Positions 25,862 to 39,149 of a stretch of 64,000 bases of DNA are shown piece after piece; position 1 is the stretch's first letter; each line of letters begins with the position of its first letter. The notes below the pieces were generated by a model. The model saw nothing but the letters and a program-made list of their open reading frames with translations, was not told where the DNA came from and ran no database searches. The stretch spans positions 29,760,001 through 29,824,000 of the forward strand of contig NC_090352.1 in assembly GCF_035084215.1 (NCBI RefSeq), written 5' to 3'. Made by a program: the position numbers and the translations under genes. This DNA is from Heptranchias perlo. Its lineage: Eukaryota.

Positions 25862-28535
25862 CCTGTTTCCCTTCTCATGTTTGATCAGGTATCTACTAAA
25901 ACTCGCTTTCACAGCCACATCTCTTTCTTCAACAACTGTCTCCGGCTCCGACTTATTCCACGTGGATTCCACCTTAAATTCCAACCTTCATGTTTCGGAT
26001 CCCCCCATGAATACAGATATCTCCATAATATTCAGCACTCCTTGAACCACTGCTCTTGCCGCTTCCTGAGATCCACACTCAACACCATGTGCCGCCACAG
26101 GCATGCTCTCGACCTCTCTCTTCAGCAGCACCAACTCACTCTATTTCAGAGTTGTCCTGGTCCACAGTTCTTTTTCATCCTTCATCTCATCTGGCACTTT
26201 AACAAAACATCTTTTCTTGCTTTTAGGTGTTAAGGACCTCAAGCTTCAACAACTCTTAGAAAGCAATGCCCCTCCTGATCCTTCTTCCCCTTCACCTTCC
26301 TCTGACCCCATCCCTCCGTCCAATCTCACCCTTTGTCATGTTTTCACTATCCCATCTGACATTCCCCTCTCTGACCCCGAATGATCTGTCCTCAGCAAAG
26401 GCCTCAGCTTCATCCCCTTACGCCCCCATCTCAATGAATTTCGAGCTCAACGCGATGCTGAGCTCTTCTGTTGCCTTCACCTCCACACCCATTTCTTTGA
26501 CCAGGATTCTTCCCTGGCTCAGTGGACCCTTTCTCCTGTATTCAGAATTCTCATTCCACCCTGGATCCCTCCCTCTGGCCTCTTACCCTCTCTTACCCTC
26601 TCTTGATCTTTTCATTGGGAACCGCCAACTTGACATCGGCCGTCACAATTTCTCTATTCCCCTCACTCACTCTAACCTACCTCCCTCTGAATTTGCAGCA
26701 CTCCATTCTCTCAGGTCCAATTAAACCTGCTGCCAAGGGCAGCGCTGTTGTTGTTTGGCGAACAGACCTCTACTTTACGGAGGCTGAAAGGCAACTCTCC
26801 GACACCTCCTCCTCCCCCTGGACCATGACCCCATCGCCGAACATCAAGCCATTGTTTCCCAGACTGTCACTGACCTCATGTCCTCTGGAGATCTTCCCCC
26901 ACGATCTCCATCCTCATGGTGCCCCAACCCCACACAGCCCACTTCTACCTCCTTCCCAAGATCCACAAACAGGAATGCCCTGGTAGACCCATCGTTTCAG
27001 CCTGTTCTTGCCCCATAGAACTTATTTCTTCCTATCTCAACTCTATTTTTTCTCTCCTTGTCCAGTCTCTGCCGACTGACATCCGCGACTCTTCCAACGC
27101 TCTCCGCCACTTTAACAGTTTCCGGTTTCCTTAACAGTCTCCTTTTCACTATGGATGTCTAGTCCCTCTACACCTCTATCCCCCAACAGGACGGCCTGCA
27201 TGCCCTCCGCTTCTTCCTTGAACAGAGGCCCAACTAGTCCCCATCCACCACCACCCTCCTCCGCCTGGCTGAACTTGTCCTTACATTGAATAACTTCTCC
27301 TTTGAGTCCACTCACTTCCTCCAAATAAAAGGTGTTACTACGGGAACCCATACGGGTCCTAGCTATGCCTGCTTTTTCATGAGATATGTGGAATGTTCTT
27401 TGTTCCAGTCTTACTCAGGTCCCCTCCCTCACCTCTTTTTCCAGTACACTGATGACTGTATCACTGACGCTTCCTGCTCTCACCCCGAACCTGGAAAATT
27501 TCATCAACTTTGCTTCCAATTTCCACCCCTCCCTCACCTTCACATGGTCCATCTCCGACTCTTCCCTTCCTTTCCCCGACTTCTCTATCTCTATTTTTGG
27601 AGGGAAATATCCTTTTTAAAACAAATGCAAAGGAAGCACTTGAAAAAGCAAAAGAAGCCCATGGTGGAAAATTGCAATTGCTAGACAAAGATGTGACTTG
27701 GGAAATGGTGGAAGGTGAAGAGGTGAAAGCAGTTTTGAAGAAGATAAGAAAATCCACTGACTCCCACATCTACCTTGATTACACTTCCTCCCACCCCGTT
27801 TCCTGTGAGGACTCTATTCCCTTCTCCCAGATTCTCCGTCTCCGTTGCATCTGTTTCAACGATGCCACCTTCCACACCTGTGCTTCCGATATGTCTTGCT
27901 TTTTCCTCAACCGAGGATTCCCCTCCACTGCAGTTGACAGGGCCCTCGACCGTGTCCGTCCCATTTCCTGCACTTCTGCCCTCACCCCTTCCCCTACCTC
28001 GCAGAACCACGATAGGGTCCCCCTTATCCTCACCTTCCACCCCACCAGCCTTCACATTCAACAAATCATCCTCCGCCATTTCCGCCGCCTCTAGCGCGAT
28101 GCCACCACCAAACTCATCTTCCCCTCTCCTCCCCTTTCAGCATTCCGAAGGGACCGTTCCCTCCGCGACACCCTGGTCCATCACCCCCAACACCCGCTCT
28201 CCTTCCCACGGCACCTTCCCATGCAAGCGCAGGAGATGCAACACCTGCCCTTTCACCCCCTTCCTTCCCACCGTCCAGGGCCCCAAACACTCCTTCCAGG
28301 TAAAACAGCGATTTACTTGTACTTCTTTCAATTTACTATACTGTATTCTCTGCTCACGATGCGGTCTCCTCTACACTGGGGAGACCAAACGCAGATTGGG
28401 TGATCACTTTGTTGAACACCTCTGATCAGTCCGCAAGCGTGACCCCGAGCTTCTGGTTACTTGCCATTTTAATTCTCCGTCCCACTCTCACTCTGACCTC
28501 TCTGTCCTCGGCATCCTACACTGTTCCAATAAAGC
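25862..28535 (+). mobile_element. Penelope-like retroelement (RT + GIY-YIG endonuclease), disrupted and truncated at both ends
   Basis: [47 protein letters not shown]2 linker CKRRRCNTC, GIY-YIG-like LLYCILCSRCGLLYTGETKRRLGDHFVEH. Confidence 0.92.
27600..27749 (+). pseudogene. SSB: Fragment of La autoantigen (SSB) coding sequence (end of RRM2) inserted in the Penelope RT region
   Basis: [49 protein letters not shown] aligns without gaps to recalled human La [49 protein letters not shown]; purine-rich block inside pyrimidine-rich element. Confidence 0.88.
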
Positions 28536-29869
28536 AGGTACTGGTAATGGTCCTGCTGTTGCAATTACATCCGAACCACGCTGGACAATTACACAGATTA
28601 ACGCCCATTTTACATCAGGCATATTATAATGAGATTCTCAGGAAATTTTAGCGTAACTTGTCAGTGGCGGAATGGGCACGGGAAAGGGCGCGTTTTCGGG
28701 ACTAACCGGGGTTGCACCCACGGAGGAAATTCCAAGCCAACGGAGGGAATTGTCACCCTTGCAGTTGAACACATTAGTGCAGGGTAATTACTTTGTGAAG
28801 TACATCATCCCTGTTTTGTCATAGTTTGAATGCAAGCAGCATAAATAATCAATGCTGCAATGGTATTTTTTAAACAAGACCTACAGTTTTTAAAATTTTG
28901 CCCAGTTTAATGGCTCTTTCTCTAAGTTCCGAAGTCATTCACTGAAGCTAAGCTGATGAGATTTGGATATATTCCAATTTATTGAGTAGGGGAACCAGGA
29001 AAGTATCCACTAACTGACATTGAGTTGTGTATACATGCTGATCAAGGATTATTCTTATTTTGAAACCTCAACAAAAAATAATGGTGAAATTCAACAGGAG
29101 CAAGTTTAAAATTTTAAATTAAACATTTTTAAAAATTTCTACATTAATGTTTCCCCATTTTTAATTATTTTTCTCCATCAGCTATCTTCCCTCCCCTCTT
29201 TTCCTGAACGCGTTGAGTCCTTGCTGGTACATGGTTCCACAGGAAGCCTCGACACATTGTAAAAGTTACCACTCTTCACGTGTGAACCTCGACCGTAAAG
29301 GTCGGGTCCGATGATAGTGTCGTTATAGCCAAGCTCCATCCTCTTCTTCCTTGATGCCCACGCATATATACTTCCAACAGGAAGCAATCAGGAGGGGAAT
29401 TGTGATCAGCAGCAGGAATGCTGGCTGATTTTCCCCTCTCCCTAACCCAAGGGAGTTGAGGCCAATTGCCTCTCCCACCACCCCAGCTGAGATCAGCTGG
29501 CTTAGCTGGGACCTTTCTAGTCTGTAAGGGTTAGCTGTCACTGGATAAATCTGCTGAGCCATTGCTGGAACCTTAATGCTACATTTTTAAAGAAGGCTTT
29601 GGAAAACTAGTTTTGTGCAGACACGTAATCTTAACTAATATGTCCAGGAAATACAAATGTAGCAAACAGAGCCTGGGAAAGAGATCTTGAAAGAACAATA
29701 AATAACTGGGAAGCCTTCTGTGTAATAGCACATACAATCTCCATTTGTAACACATTGAAAGAAGGTCAGATTAAGATAAATCACCATATATAACACACTC
29801 CCTCCTGTCTGCACAAAGGCAGAGCTGGATCCCTGGGTGAATGATGGCAAAATCCTAAAGAAAAAATGA

Positions 29870-30090
29870 GACTTGCATTTATATAGTGCCTTTCACAACC
29901 TCAGGACGTCCCAAAGTGCTTTACAATCAATAAAGTACTTTTGAAGTGTAGTCACTGTTGTAATGTAGGAAACACAGCAGCCAATTTGTGCACAGCAAGC
30001 TCCCACAAACAACAATGAAATAAATGACCAGATAATCTGTTTTAGGTGTTGATTGAGGGTAAAATGTTGGCCAGGATGCCGGGGAAAGTC
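29870..30090 (-). mobile_element. DeuSINE (SacSINE1-like), 3' half
   Basis: Reverse complement of the tail at 22432-22700. Confidence 0.8.
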
Positions 30091-31589
30091 CACTACATGT
30101 ATTCTTGGTGTGCCCAGTAATCATGTCCTACTTGCATAATGTAGTATATGCAATAAAAGATATTAGCCTGCTCGTTGTCATGTTGTCAAAACATCATCAC
30201 ATGTCCAGCCTGCAATATTATTGCAAAAAAATAACACACTGGTGTTCTTCCTGCCTTTCAAACAAGACAATGCCTTTTCTCCCCTTTCTCTTGCAGGCGG
30301 TAACAGGCGTTACCATGTATCCTTCAGGTAACGCTAACACTCCAGCACCCTTGCCCAACTGGCCATTTGTCATGCGCAGCCTTAGACAATGGTGTTACAG
30401 GCTATTTAATATGAAGGGCATCACAATCAAGCCTTATCAAGTCCACAAATGTGCACTTTGCTGTAAGGCATCACTGACTAACAAACAGGAGTAGGTACCC
30501 TGGCTGATTTCCCCCTGCAAAACCTGCGGATGGCAATGCCAATTGTAGTGCATCCACTCTTGCCCCAGTTGTGGTAACTCAGCACAGACCAGGGATCAAA
30601 CATTATAGCTTCCTGGTCTAATAGCATTCCATACAGTACCCACTGAGTCATCCGAGGAGCAGAACAACATCTCCTTAATGACAAGATGAATACAGATGAG
30701 GGGAGCCGTTTGGGTCATCTTCCTCATCCATTCAAAAAAACACTACAGCACTCATTATGAACTTGAATGGCTCTAATGTTTTCTCTCCACTACTCTTCCT
30801 GGGAGTCTGTTCTATATGTTGATTACTCTTTGTGTGAAGAAATTTGCCCTGATATATTTTCCTTTCACCAGTTTGAATCTATTTTCCCTTGCCCTATTGT
30901 CGTGGTTTATCATGAATTAATGATCTGGGTTTACCTTTTCTATAAGGTTTAATCATTTAAATATTCTATAATGTCCTCCTCAATTACTCGTTCAAGGCTA
31001 AGAAGCCCCAGTTTCTCTAATCTATCCTTGTAGCTCAGTTCCCTGATGCTACGCATCTCCCTTGTGGCTCTTCTCTAAACAACTTCCTTTGTGTTTTGGA
31101 GGCCAAAACTGGAAACAGTACTGAACATGTGGTCTGACCAAAGCCCTGTATAGTTTTAGCGTGCCAACCTCTATCTTACACTCTACTGAATTGGCACTAT
31201 AGTTCAGCATCTGTTTGCTTATTAATTGCTCACAACACACCAGTAATTTCCTCGGGCGTCTTTCAATCAACTGCTGTAAATTCGATAGAAGATCATAGGG
31301 ACATAGGAAGAGGAGTAGACCATTCAGTCCCTCTTGCCTTTTCCTCCATTCAATTAGATCATGGCTGATTTGTACCTCATGTACCCGCCTTTGCTCCATA
31401 TCCCTTGATACCTTACCCAACAAAAATCTGCCAATCTCAGTTTTGAAATTTTCAATTCACCTCCAAGTATTATCCAGCACCCTTTTGAATCCTTGTAGTG
31501 AATCCGTACTCATTGCATGAGCAAGCAACTTGTTCCAAACGTTGATGACCTTCTGCGAAAAGATAAACCTCCTGACATCTAACCCTGTT

Positions 31590-31800
31590 CATCCATGACA
31601 GAGACAATAGATTAGTGAACACCAAACTGGCTGATCCCTGACAAATCTCCTGTCATTACCTGGAAGGTGAACTGTGGCAATAACTCTGAGTGCCATCATC
31701 ACTTTTACCACTACTTTATGGTTGCAGGTCTCCTTCCACATGGTGGCACGGTTCATCAAAGGCTTCTTTGAGTGAACACCGGCCTCCTCACACACTGCAC
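31590..31800 (-). pseudogene. Short decayed Harbinger transposase fragment
   Basis: Minus-strand VVKVMMALRVIAT / FQVMTGDLSGISQFGVH resembles the HARBI1-family N-terminal HTH region. Confidence 0.55.
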
Positions 31801-32182
31801 CTTGGTGAGCTCACCTGCAGACTTGGTGGTCCTTTTCCTGTAGCCTCAGAATGCTAGTCCTCTGCTGCAGTTGAGTCACTCCTTACAATTTCTTCTGGTC
31901 TGCTTCATGCCGAACCTACGTTGACTTTCTCTGGTGCCTTAACATCACCTTTATACTCAGTGTCATTAGTGCAGTGTGGGCTGGAAGGCAAGCATGAGCA
32001 AATTTGATTGGTGCTTAACAAGCCAAAGAAACATTAATGCCAGGTCCAAGCATTAACATCCATTAATCTAAATTACACCCCAGAAGAATTTTAGGAAGCC
32101 AGAAAAAATCAACAAATGCTTTGTTACTGCTAAAACACAAAATTACTGTGTATTAGCATACTAAGCACGTATGTTAGCTCTA

Positions 32183-33298
32183 ACATAAGAATATAAGAAA
32201 TAGGAGCAGGAGTAGGCCACCCGGGCCCTCGAGCCTGCTCTGCCATTCAACAAAATTATGGTTGATCTTCTACCTCAACGCCATTTTCCTGCACCATCCC
32301 CATATCCCTTGATGCCCTTAATATCTAGAAATCTACCGATCTCTGTTTTGAATGTATTCAATGACTGAGCCTCCACAGCCCTCTGGGGTAGAGAATTCCA
32401 AAGATTCACCAACCTCTGAGTGAAGAAATTTCTCCTCATCTCAGTCCCAAATGGCCTACCCTTTATTATGAGACTGTGACCCCTGGTTCTAGATTCCCCA
32501 GCCAGGGGAAGCATCCTCCTTGCATCTATCCTATCAAGCTCTGTAAGAATTTTGTATGTTTCAATGAGATCACCTCTCATTCTTCTAAACTCTAGAAAAT
32601 ACAGGCCTAGTCCACTCAATCTCTCCTCATACCACAATCCCGCCATCCCAGGAATCAGTCTGGTGAACCTTCGTTGCAGTCCCTCTATGGCAAGTATATC
32701 CTTTCTTAGGTAAGGAGACCAAAATTGTACACAATACTCCAGGTGCGGTCTCACCAAGGCCCTATATAATTGCAGTAAGACATCTTTACAGCTGTACTCA
32801 AATCCTCTTGTAATAAAGACCAACATACCATTTGCCTTCCTAATTGCTTGCTGCACCTGCATGTTTGCTTTCAGTGACTCATGTATAAGGACACCCAGGT
32901 CCTTTTGAACATCAACATTTCCCAATCTCTTAGCATTTAAAAAATACTCTGCATTTCTCTTTTTCCTACCCAAAGTGGATAACTTCATATTTTTCCACAT
33001 TATATTCCATCTGTCATGTTCTTGACCACTCACTTGGCCTGTCTATATCCCCTTGAAGCCTCTTTGCATCCTCCTCACAACTCACATTCCCACCCAGTTT
33101 TGTGTCATCAGCAAACTTGGAAATATTACATTTGGTCCCCTCATCCAAGTCATTGATATGGATTGTGAATAGTTGGGGCCCAAACACCTTATCCCTGTGG
33201 TACCCCACTAGTCACAGTCTGCCAACCTGAAAAAGACCCGTTTATTCCTACTCTCTGTTTTCTGCCTGTTAACCATTTCTCAATCCATGCCAGAACAT
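32183..33298 (-). mobile_element. CR1 LINE 3' portion (RT C-terminus plus tail), relatively young
   Basis: ORFs 33189-33419, 33014-33208 (ISKFADDTKLGG), 32275-33033 (LYRALVRPHLEYCVQFWSP...RGHSL...RRNFFTQR). Confidence 0.95.
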
Positions 33299-33578
33299 CC
33301 ATAACACAGAAAGGAAGTTCAGACCATCTCTGTTGAGAGTCACACATGAAGAACACCCACTTGGATGAAATACCAGAGGTAGCCAGTATACACAGAAAGG
33401 TACCTATCTGAGTCAACACCTTTGCCTACATTGCAGCAGTGAGCATACTTCAAAAGTAGTTACTTGGTTGTAAAATGCTATGAAACATCCTGAGGGCGTG
33501 AAAGGTTCCATATAAATGCAACTTATTTCTCTCTTTCTTTCAGGAGAGGAGGGGAGAAAATGGAAAAGAAAAAGTAGC

Positions 33579-36437
33579 TGTTATGAAATCTGGGTTTCGG
33601 TATCTGCCAAGGAACCAGACAAATCCTTACTAAGGAACTGTCTGGGGTTTTACCTCCCAGCGTAGGTCCAGGGATAGGCTTCAACTCACCGAACCATCTT
33701 ACACTAACCAGTTTAGATCAAAATTAATTTAATTTACTAACCCTCGGTTAGGTTACCCTCAAGCTGCTGAGTGAGCGAATTTTCTTGCCAAATCATGAAA
33801 TGAGAAGACAAGTCATGCACTAGATACAATTTACTGGTTACAAATTACAACTTAAAGTAAAAGTTGGGTACACGGACGCTTAATAGACATGCATAAATGT
33901 AATCAGAGTTAGCTAGTAGTTCAATACCTAATCAATAGTGGACAGAGTTACTTAACAAAACACGTAGCAAAGCTGCAGAGGCAAATCAGTGGATCACTGC
34001 AAATGAGCACTAACATGTGCTGAGTATTAACTATAGTGGTGACCAGAGTCTGTTTCTAAATTGTTAAGATTAGTTTAAGAGTAATTCCTTAGAAACCTGA
34101 CAAGTTAACAGCTTTGAATAACCAGTCTATCAAATATCACAAGTCTAAGTGTGTGATCAACAAGTTTCAGAGGTTGCAAGATCTCATCCTCACAAGCGGC
34201 GCAGGTATTAGCTTCTGGAGTGCCGAGTCACCGAACCCCTTCACAGTGGGGTTATCTGTTTCACTTGGCTCTTCAGTTCCAACTGAACCCACCTTAAGCA
34301 CAAGTGACAGTATCTGAGCTGGCTTGCCTCTCGCCTTTCTCAATCTCAGGCTACTCACAATTAAATAACACTCTTAGCTCTGCCTGTTACGAGTTGGTGT
34401 AACCATAATTTAGCTTCTAACCTCTGACACTCTGTCCTTAACATGCTTTACTGGTAAAGATACCTCATTCACCTGCTAGGTAAAAGTTGTTACAGAAGAA
34501 GAAGAGGAAATAAAAGTCTTCTTCCGATTAAGAGAGAGACTAAAAAAGACTGTTACTTCTACCAAAGACAGAAGGGGTCGCCCCTTTTATGTTAATCATC
34601 CCCAACAAGTCAGTGCTGAAGCATGGAACTACAGACAGGTTGGTTCCATTTTTACAAATCCCACCCCCCTCACTTTCAACAAAGGCATCCACACAAATAT
34701 GAAGGGTCGGGACCGGATTACGACTCACTAATAGCTTCTTCCCTGGACCTATGCCAAGCATAATGACTCTACGACTTAATCGTCTGTATTAACTAGTCAC
34801 TTCCCAGCACTCAGTTAAACAACTGAGCTCCATATTGTATGGGGATCCTCAGGCAGTTTCCAGGGTAGTTCCCTTACAAATCTCGAAGGCAACCCTCCGG
34901 GCAATTTTTCGGGGCACTGTTCCTACAAGCTTCTCTCACCTTTTGCTTTCACGTAGCAGTGTGGCTACCACATCCAGGAGGAAGTCTCTCAATGTGGAAG
35001 TAAGTGCCTCTGAGTGTTCTTATAAAAGTATAACGGCACAGAATGACTGTGACAGAATGGAGGCATTCTAAGATGACATCATAAGTTGTGACATCAAGGC
35101 CTTAAGTGGTTTTACTATATGCTGAGATTCTATTGTAACCTTTTTAAAAAATAACTTTATTTAATTTTTATAGATTTGTATAAAAATGTACACACTTTCT
35201 CAGGTCATGGTAGAATACAGAATGCAGGGTACATGTTGTTTTGTAGGCTGCATAAGAACATACAGGACCGGAAAAGATCATTATGCTTTATCTAGCTGGT
35301 CCAAGTGGCACATGTTGCTTGCAGATACATACATTTACATACATTAAGGAGGTGCAGGAATAGAGAGACCTGGGGATATATGTACACAGGTCGTTGAAGG
35401 TGGCAGGACAGGTTGAGAAAGCGGTTCAGAAAGCATATGGGATCCTGGGCTTTATAAATTGAGGCAAAGAGTACAAAAGCGAGGATGTTGTGTTGAACCT
35501 TTATAAAACACTGGTTAGGCCACAACTGGAGTATTGTGTCTAATTCTGGGCACTGCACTTTAGGAAGGATGTGAAGGCCTTAGAGAGGGTGCAGAAAAGA
35601 TTTACTAGAATGGTTCCAAGGATGAGGGACCTCAGTTACAAGAATAAACTGGAAAAGCTGGGATTGTTCTCCTTAGAGCAGAGGAGGTTGAAGGAAGATT
35701 TGATAGAGGTGTTTAAAATCATGAAGGGTCCAGACAAAGTAAATAAAGAAAAACTGTTCCCACTGGTGGAAGGGTTGCGAACCAGAGGACATAGGTTTAA
35801 GGTGATTGGCAAAAGAACCAAGGGCGACATGAGGAAAAACTTTTTAACGCAGCGAGTGGTTAGGATCTGGAATGCACAGCCTGAAAGAGTGGTGGAAGCA
35901 GGGTCCATTATGGCTTTCAAAAAGGAATTGGATAGGTACCTGAAGGAGAAAAATTTGCAGGGCTACGGGGAAAGATTGGGGGAGTGGTACTAGCTGGATT
36001 GCTCTTGCAGAGAGCCGGCACAGGCTCAATGGGCCGAATGGCTTCTTTCTGTGCCGTAACCATTCTATGATTCTATGATTAAGCATCCATACAGCACTAT
36101 AGTTCTTCACACTTGTGCAGGCCAGGGTCTTTCCCTGTATGGAGGCTCGCCCTTAACTCTCTCCTTGCCGTTTGTTACTTTATATAACTGCAGACAGTTA
36201 TATGTAGAACTGTGGCGCATGACAGTGCTGATAAGGGGACACTGTCAGGCCTCCCTGTGAGTTAGCAGTGATATCATGTGATGGGCAGATGCTTTGAGTA
36301 TTTGGGCAGATTGTTATTTACAGAGTATTACTCGGTCATTCGTTGTCTCGCAGAGTTTTATATTAAAAAGCAAGTATATTTGCCCTATAAAAAGTTAAAT
36401 ATATAAAAAGATTATACTCCTGCAAATTTCATCGACA
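33579..36437. mobile_element. Probable solo LTR (~2.1 kb after removing a nested CR1); orientation uncertain, minus favoured
   Basis: Ends TGTTATGAAAT ... ATTTCATCGACA (TG..CA, imperfect inverted repeat); flanks GTAGC / GTAGA; TATA-like element at ~35017-35028; no long ORF. Confidence 0.5.
35349..36077 (+). mobile_element. 5'-truncated CR1 LINE with 6-bp TSD ATTAAG
   Basis: ORF 35571-35993 (LERVQKRFTRM...RTRGHRFK...RKNFLTQR); (ATTCTATG)n tail; ATTAAG at 35343-35348 and 36078-36083. Confidence 0.93.
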
Positions 36438-39149
36438 GTAGAATGTCACCCAGTAAATGAGTAAGCAACTTAATAATAGTTTTCTTAAAAAGAATTTTTA
36501 AAAAATTTAAAACATAATTTTCAGCAAAGTGTTGTCATTTTGATAATAATAATGATTATTAGCAATTTTGAAAATGAGAACACGGGTATCCAAATTTTAT
36601 AATGTATGATGACTATTAAGATCTTAAACAATTAGAGTATTAGATTCTATAATGTATGATTATTATGGTCCGTAACAGGCTTGCCTCCAGTTAAAAGAAT
36701 GTTTGGCAGTCCTTTATTTGTCTATTTATGAACTCAGGATGCAATGACATAATTCACAAAGAAATGTGGTATTATGATATAAAAATTACATTACAAAGCT
36801 GGCACATGGGAATCATTGCTACAACAATGAGATGTTGCTCTACGGATTTTTCTCCCACTCAACGGGGGCAATCTCCCCTCCCCTTCCCTCCCCCACCCCG
36901 CTCTTACAGGAATAGGAGTAGGCCATTCAGCTACTCGAGCCTGTTCCGCCATTCAATTAGACCATGGCTGATCCGTATCTTAACTCCATCTACCCGCCTT
37001 GGTTCCGGACCTCTTAATATCCTTGCTTAACAAAAATCTATATTATCATTTTACTTTTGTGAAGAACAAAAGAGCTTGGATTTAGGTAATGACTTTCACT
37101 TTCTTAGGATGTCCCAAACACTTTAATTACTTTTGAATTGAAGTCACTATTGTTTTAAATAAAACCTATTTAAATAATTTGTAGCTGATTATGCACTAAT
37201 AATGACTGCAATTGAGGGCTGCTGTGGTGAACTTTTGATAAGATGGTTACAGAAGCAATCTTGACAGGGTTCTGATTGCTAAATAAAAAGGCTGAAGACC
37301 TTATTCCAACACAGGGTCACTTTTGTATTGTTTATTATGCCCTAAACGCTGAATCAGTATTTGTTTAATTGACCATTCGACTGACATTTATTTGTAAGAA
37401 CTCCTGAATTGCTCAATGGGCAAATGGTACACCATTTAGTAATTATTAAGACCTCAAGCAATTGGAGTTTACTAGTAAATCTCGTGTGGTGTGGCCCACA
37501 GTACTTGCAGAGCAGGGCTCAGGAAAAGATTGGAGCTCCAGATAATTTTGACTTAAAGGTGTTACTCAAAAATTGTGACAACAGGAAGTTAACCGGTAGG
37601 TGAACCTGGAGGTGATGATGTTCCCATGATGTCATTGGTTTTGTCCTTCTTGGTAGTAGAGGCTTCAGGGAAGGGAGGTGCTGTTGGAAGTACCCTTGAT
37701 GATTTGCTGCAATGCATCCTGTGAATTGTACATACTGCTACAATGTGCTGGTGGTGGAAGGGATTGAATCCAGTGACAAGGGCATCAGTCAGGTAAACTG
37801 CTCTGTGCTCAATGAAAAAAAAACAGAAAGAATTTTGAGCACCCTCCTGTGTGTTGTTCATGTGCACAGAGAATATTTTCTCACCTGGGGGGGAGGGATG
37901 GGAAATCAGCACTCCAGCAGCTCTTAAAGGACCGCTGCACTTAATGGGAATCAGCTGTTTTTTTTATTGGCCGCTAAGTATGACTGCACCACATAGCTGA
38001 AGGAACCCCCAAAACAATCCCAATCATTGAGCAGAACCAGGAGGTTTCTCTGGATGAGGTTGCCCTGAGAAAAGTGGCAATCTTTAGAGCAGGAGGTAGC
38101 CAATCAAGTACATACTGTGTCCTCTGTATATCGCTGATGGAGGCAAATGAGAAAAAACATTCTCTAGGAGTGAGGAAGAGTGCCAAATTAGGGAAGGCTA
38201 AAAGCTGCTACTCAAAACAAGGGAATCCCTGTACTACACACACACACCGAGCACTCAGCCCACAGTATGTTGCTGCATCAGCAATGTAGTTTGCAAAACA
38301 CTGGCTCCACATATCACCTCTTAAATCTCCTAAATACTGTCTCTAGAGTTTCACCTCCACTTTGGTGGCTACCAATGGAATACACTTTCATTTACTCACA
38401 GAACTCGGGCATGTTTCCTCAGTAACTCACTTTCACTCCCATAACTACTAGCATGCTCTCTACCCATCCTTTCACACCAGATAGAATATAAGCATATCAT
38501 TGAATGATCGTGAACAGGGGCAGAGCAGACCAGCTGCAGCTCCGAATAAAGCAGGCCAGGTTATAAAGATCTCCTACCCACTCATTCCAAGTGCCTGCTC
38601 ACTTGCCTCCTAAGCCTGACTGGCTCCTGGCTTCCTTACTCACTTGCTTATCCACTCCAAGTGGATGTCTGCTCAATCATCTGCCCTGAAGGCTTCTTAG
38701 TTCCCCTGCTTGCTCACCCAGCCTGAGTGGCTGTCGGCCTACCTCCTTGTTCACCCAGTGTACATGCTTCCTGAACTGTTCATTTTGAGTGCTTTCCCTC
38801 CCGCCCATATATCTTCTCGCTTAATCGCCCCTATTGTTTTCTGACCCCCTTCAAGTACTTCACAGCCTGCCAACTCACCACTCTCTTGCCTGGAGTACTA
38901 TCTGGCCCATTCAACCACCCACCCACTTAACCCAAGTGGTTCCAGGGAATCCTGCCCTGAGTGTTTCTCAGCCTATGTACTTGCCCACCCATTGCAAGTG
39001 CTGCTCACCTGTTGATGTACCTTGAGTACTTCCTGGTCTGCCTGTTCAATCACCACTTGGTCCAAGTGGTTTCTGTCTTCCCACCCTGCTGAGACTTGAA
39101 AGAGGAGAGCAAGGCAAAGCAACAGATGGAAGAGAATAGTGAACTAGAG

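Larger units (their letters stand above)
23796..28739 (+). mobile_element. PIF/Harbinger DNA transposon (defective) containing a nested Penelope-like element
   Basis: 3-bp TSD ACG at 23793-23795 and 28740-28742; imperfect TIRs (tggccttgaatgtcctacgt vs reverse complement tggcttggaatttcctccgt); internal DDE transposase. Confidence 0.8.

Noticed and set aside
27510-28094. Real SSB exon or functional La-RT fusion protein
   Set aside because: No other SSB exons in the window, no donor at the block end, and surrounding element frames are broken.
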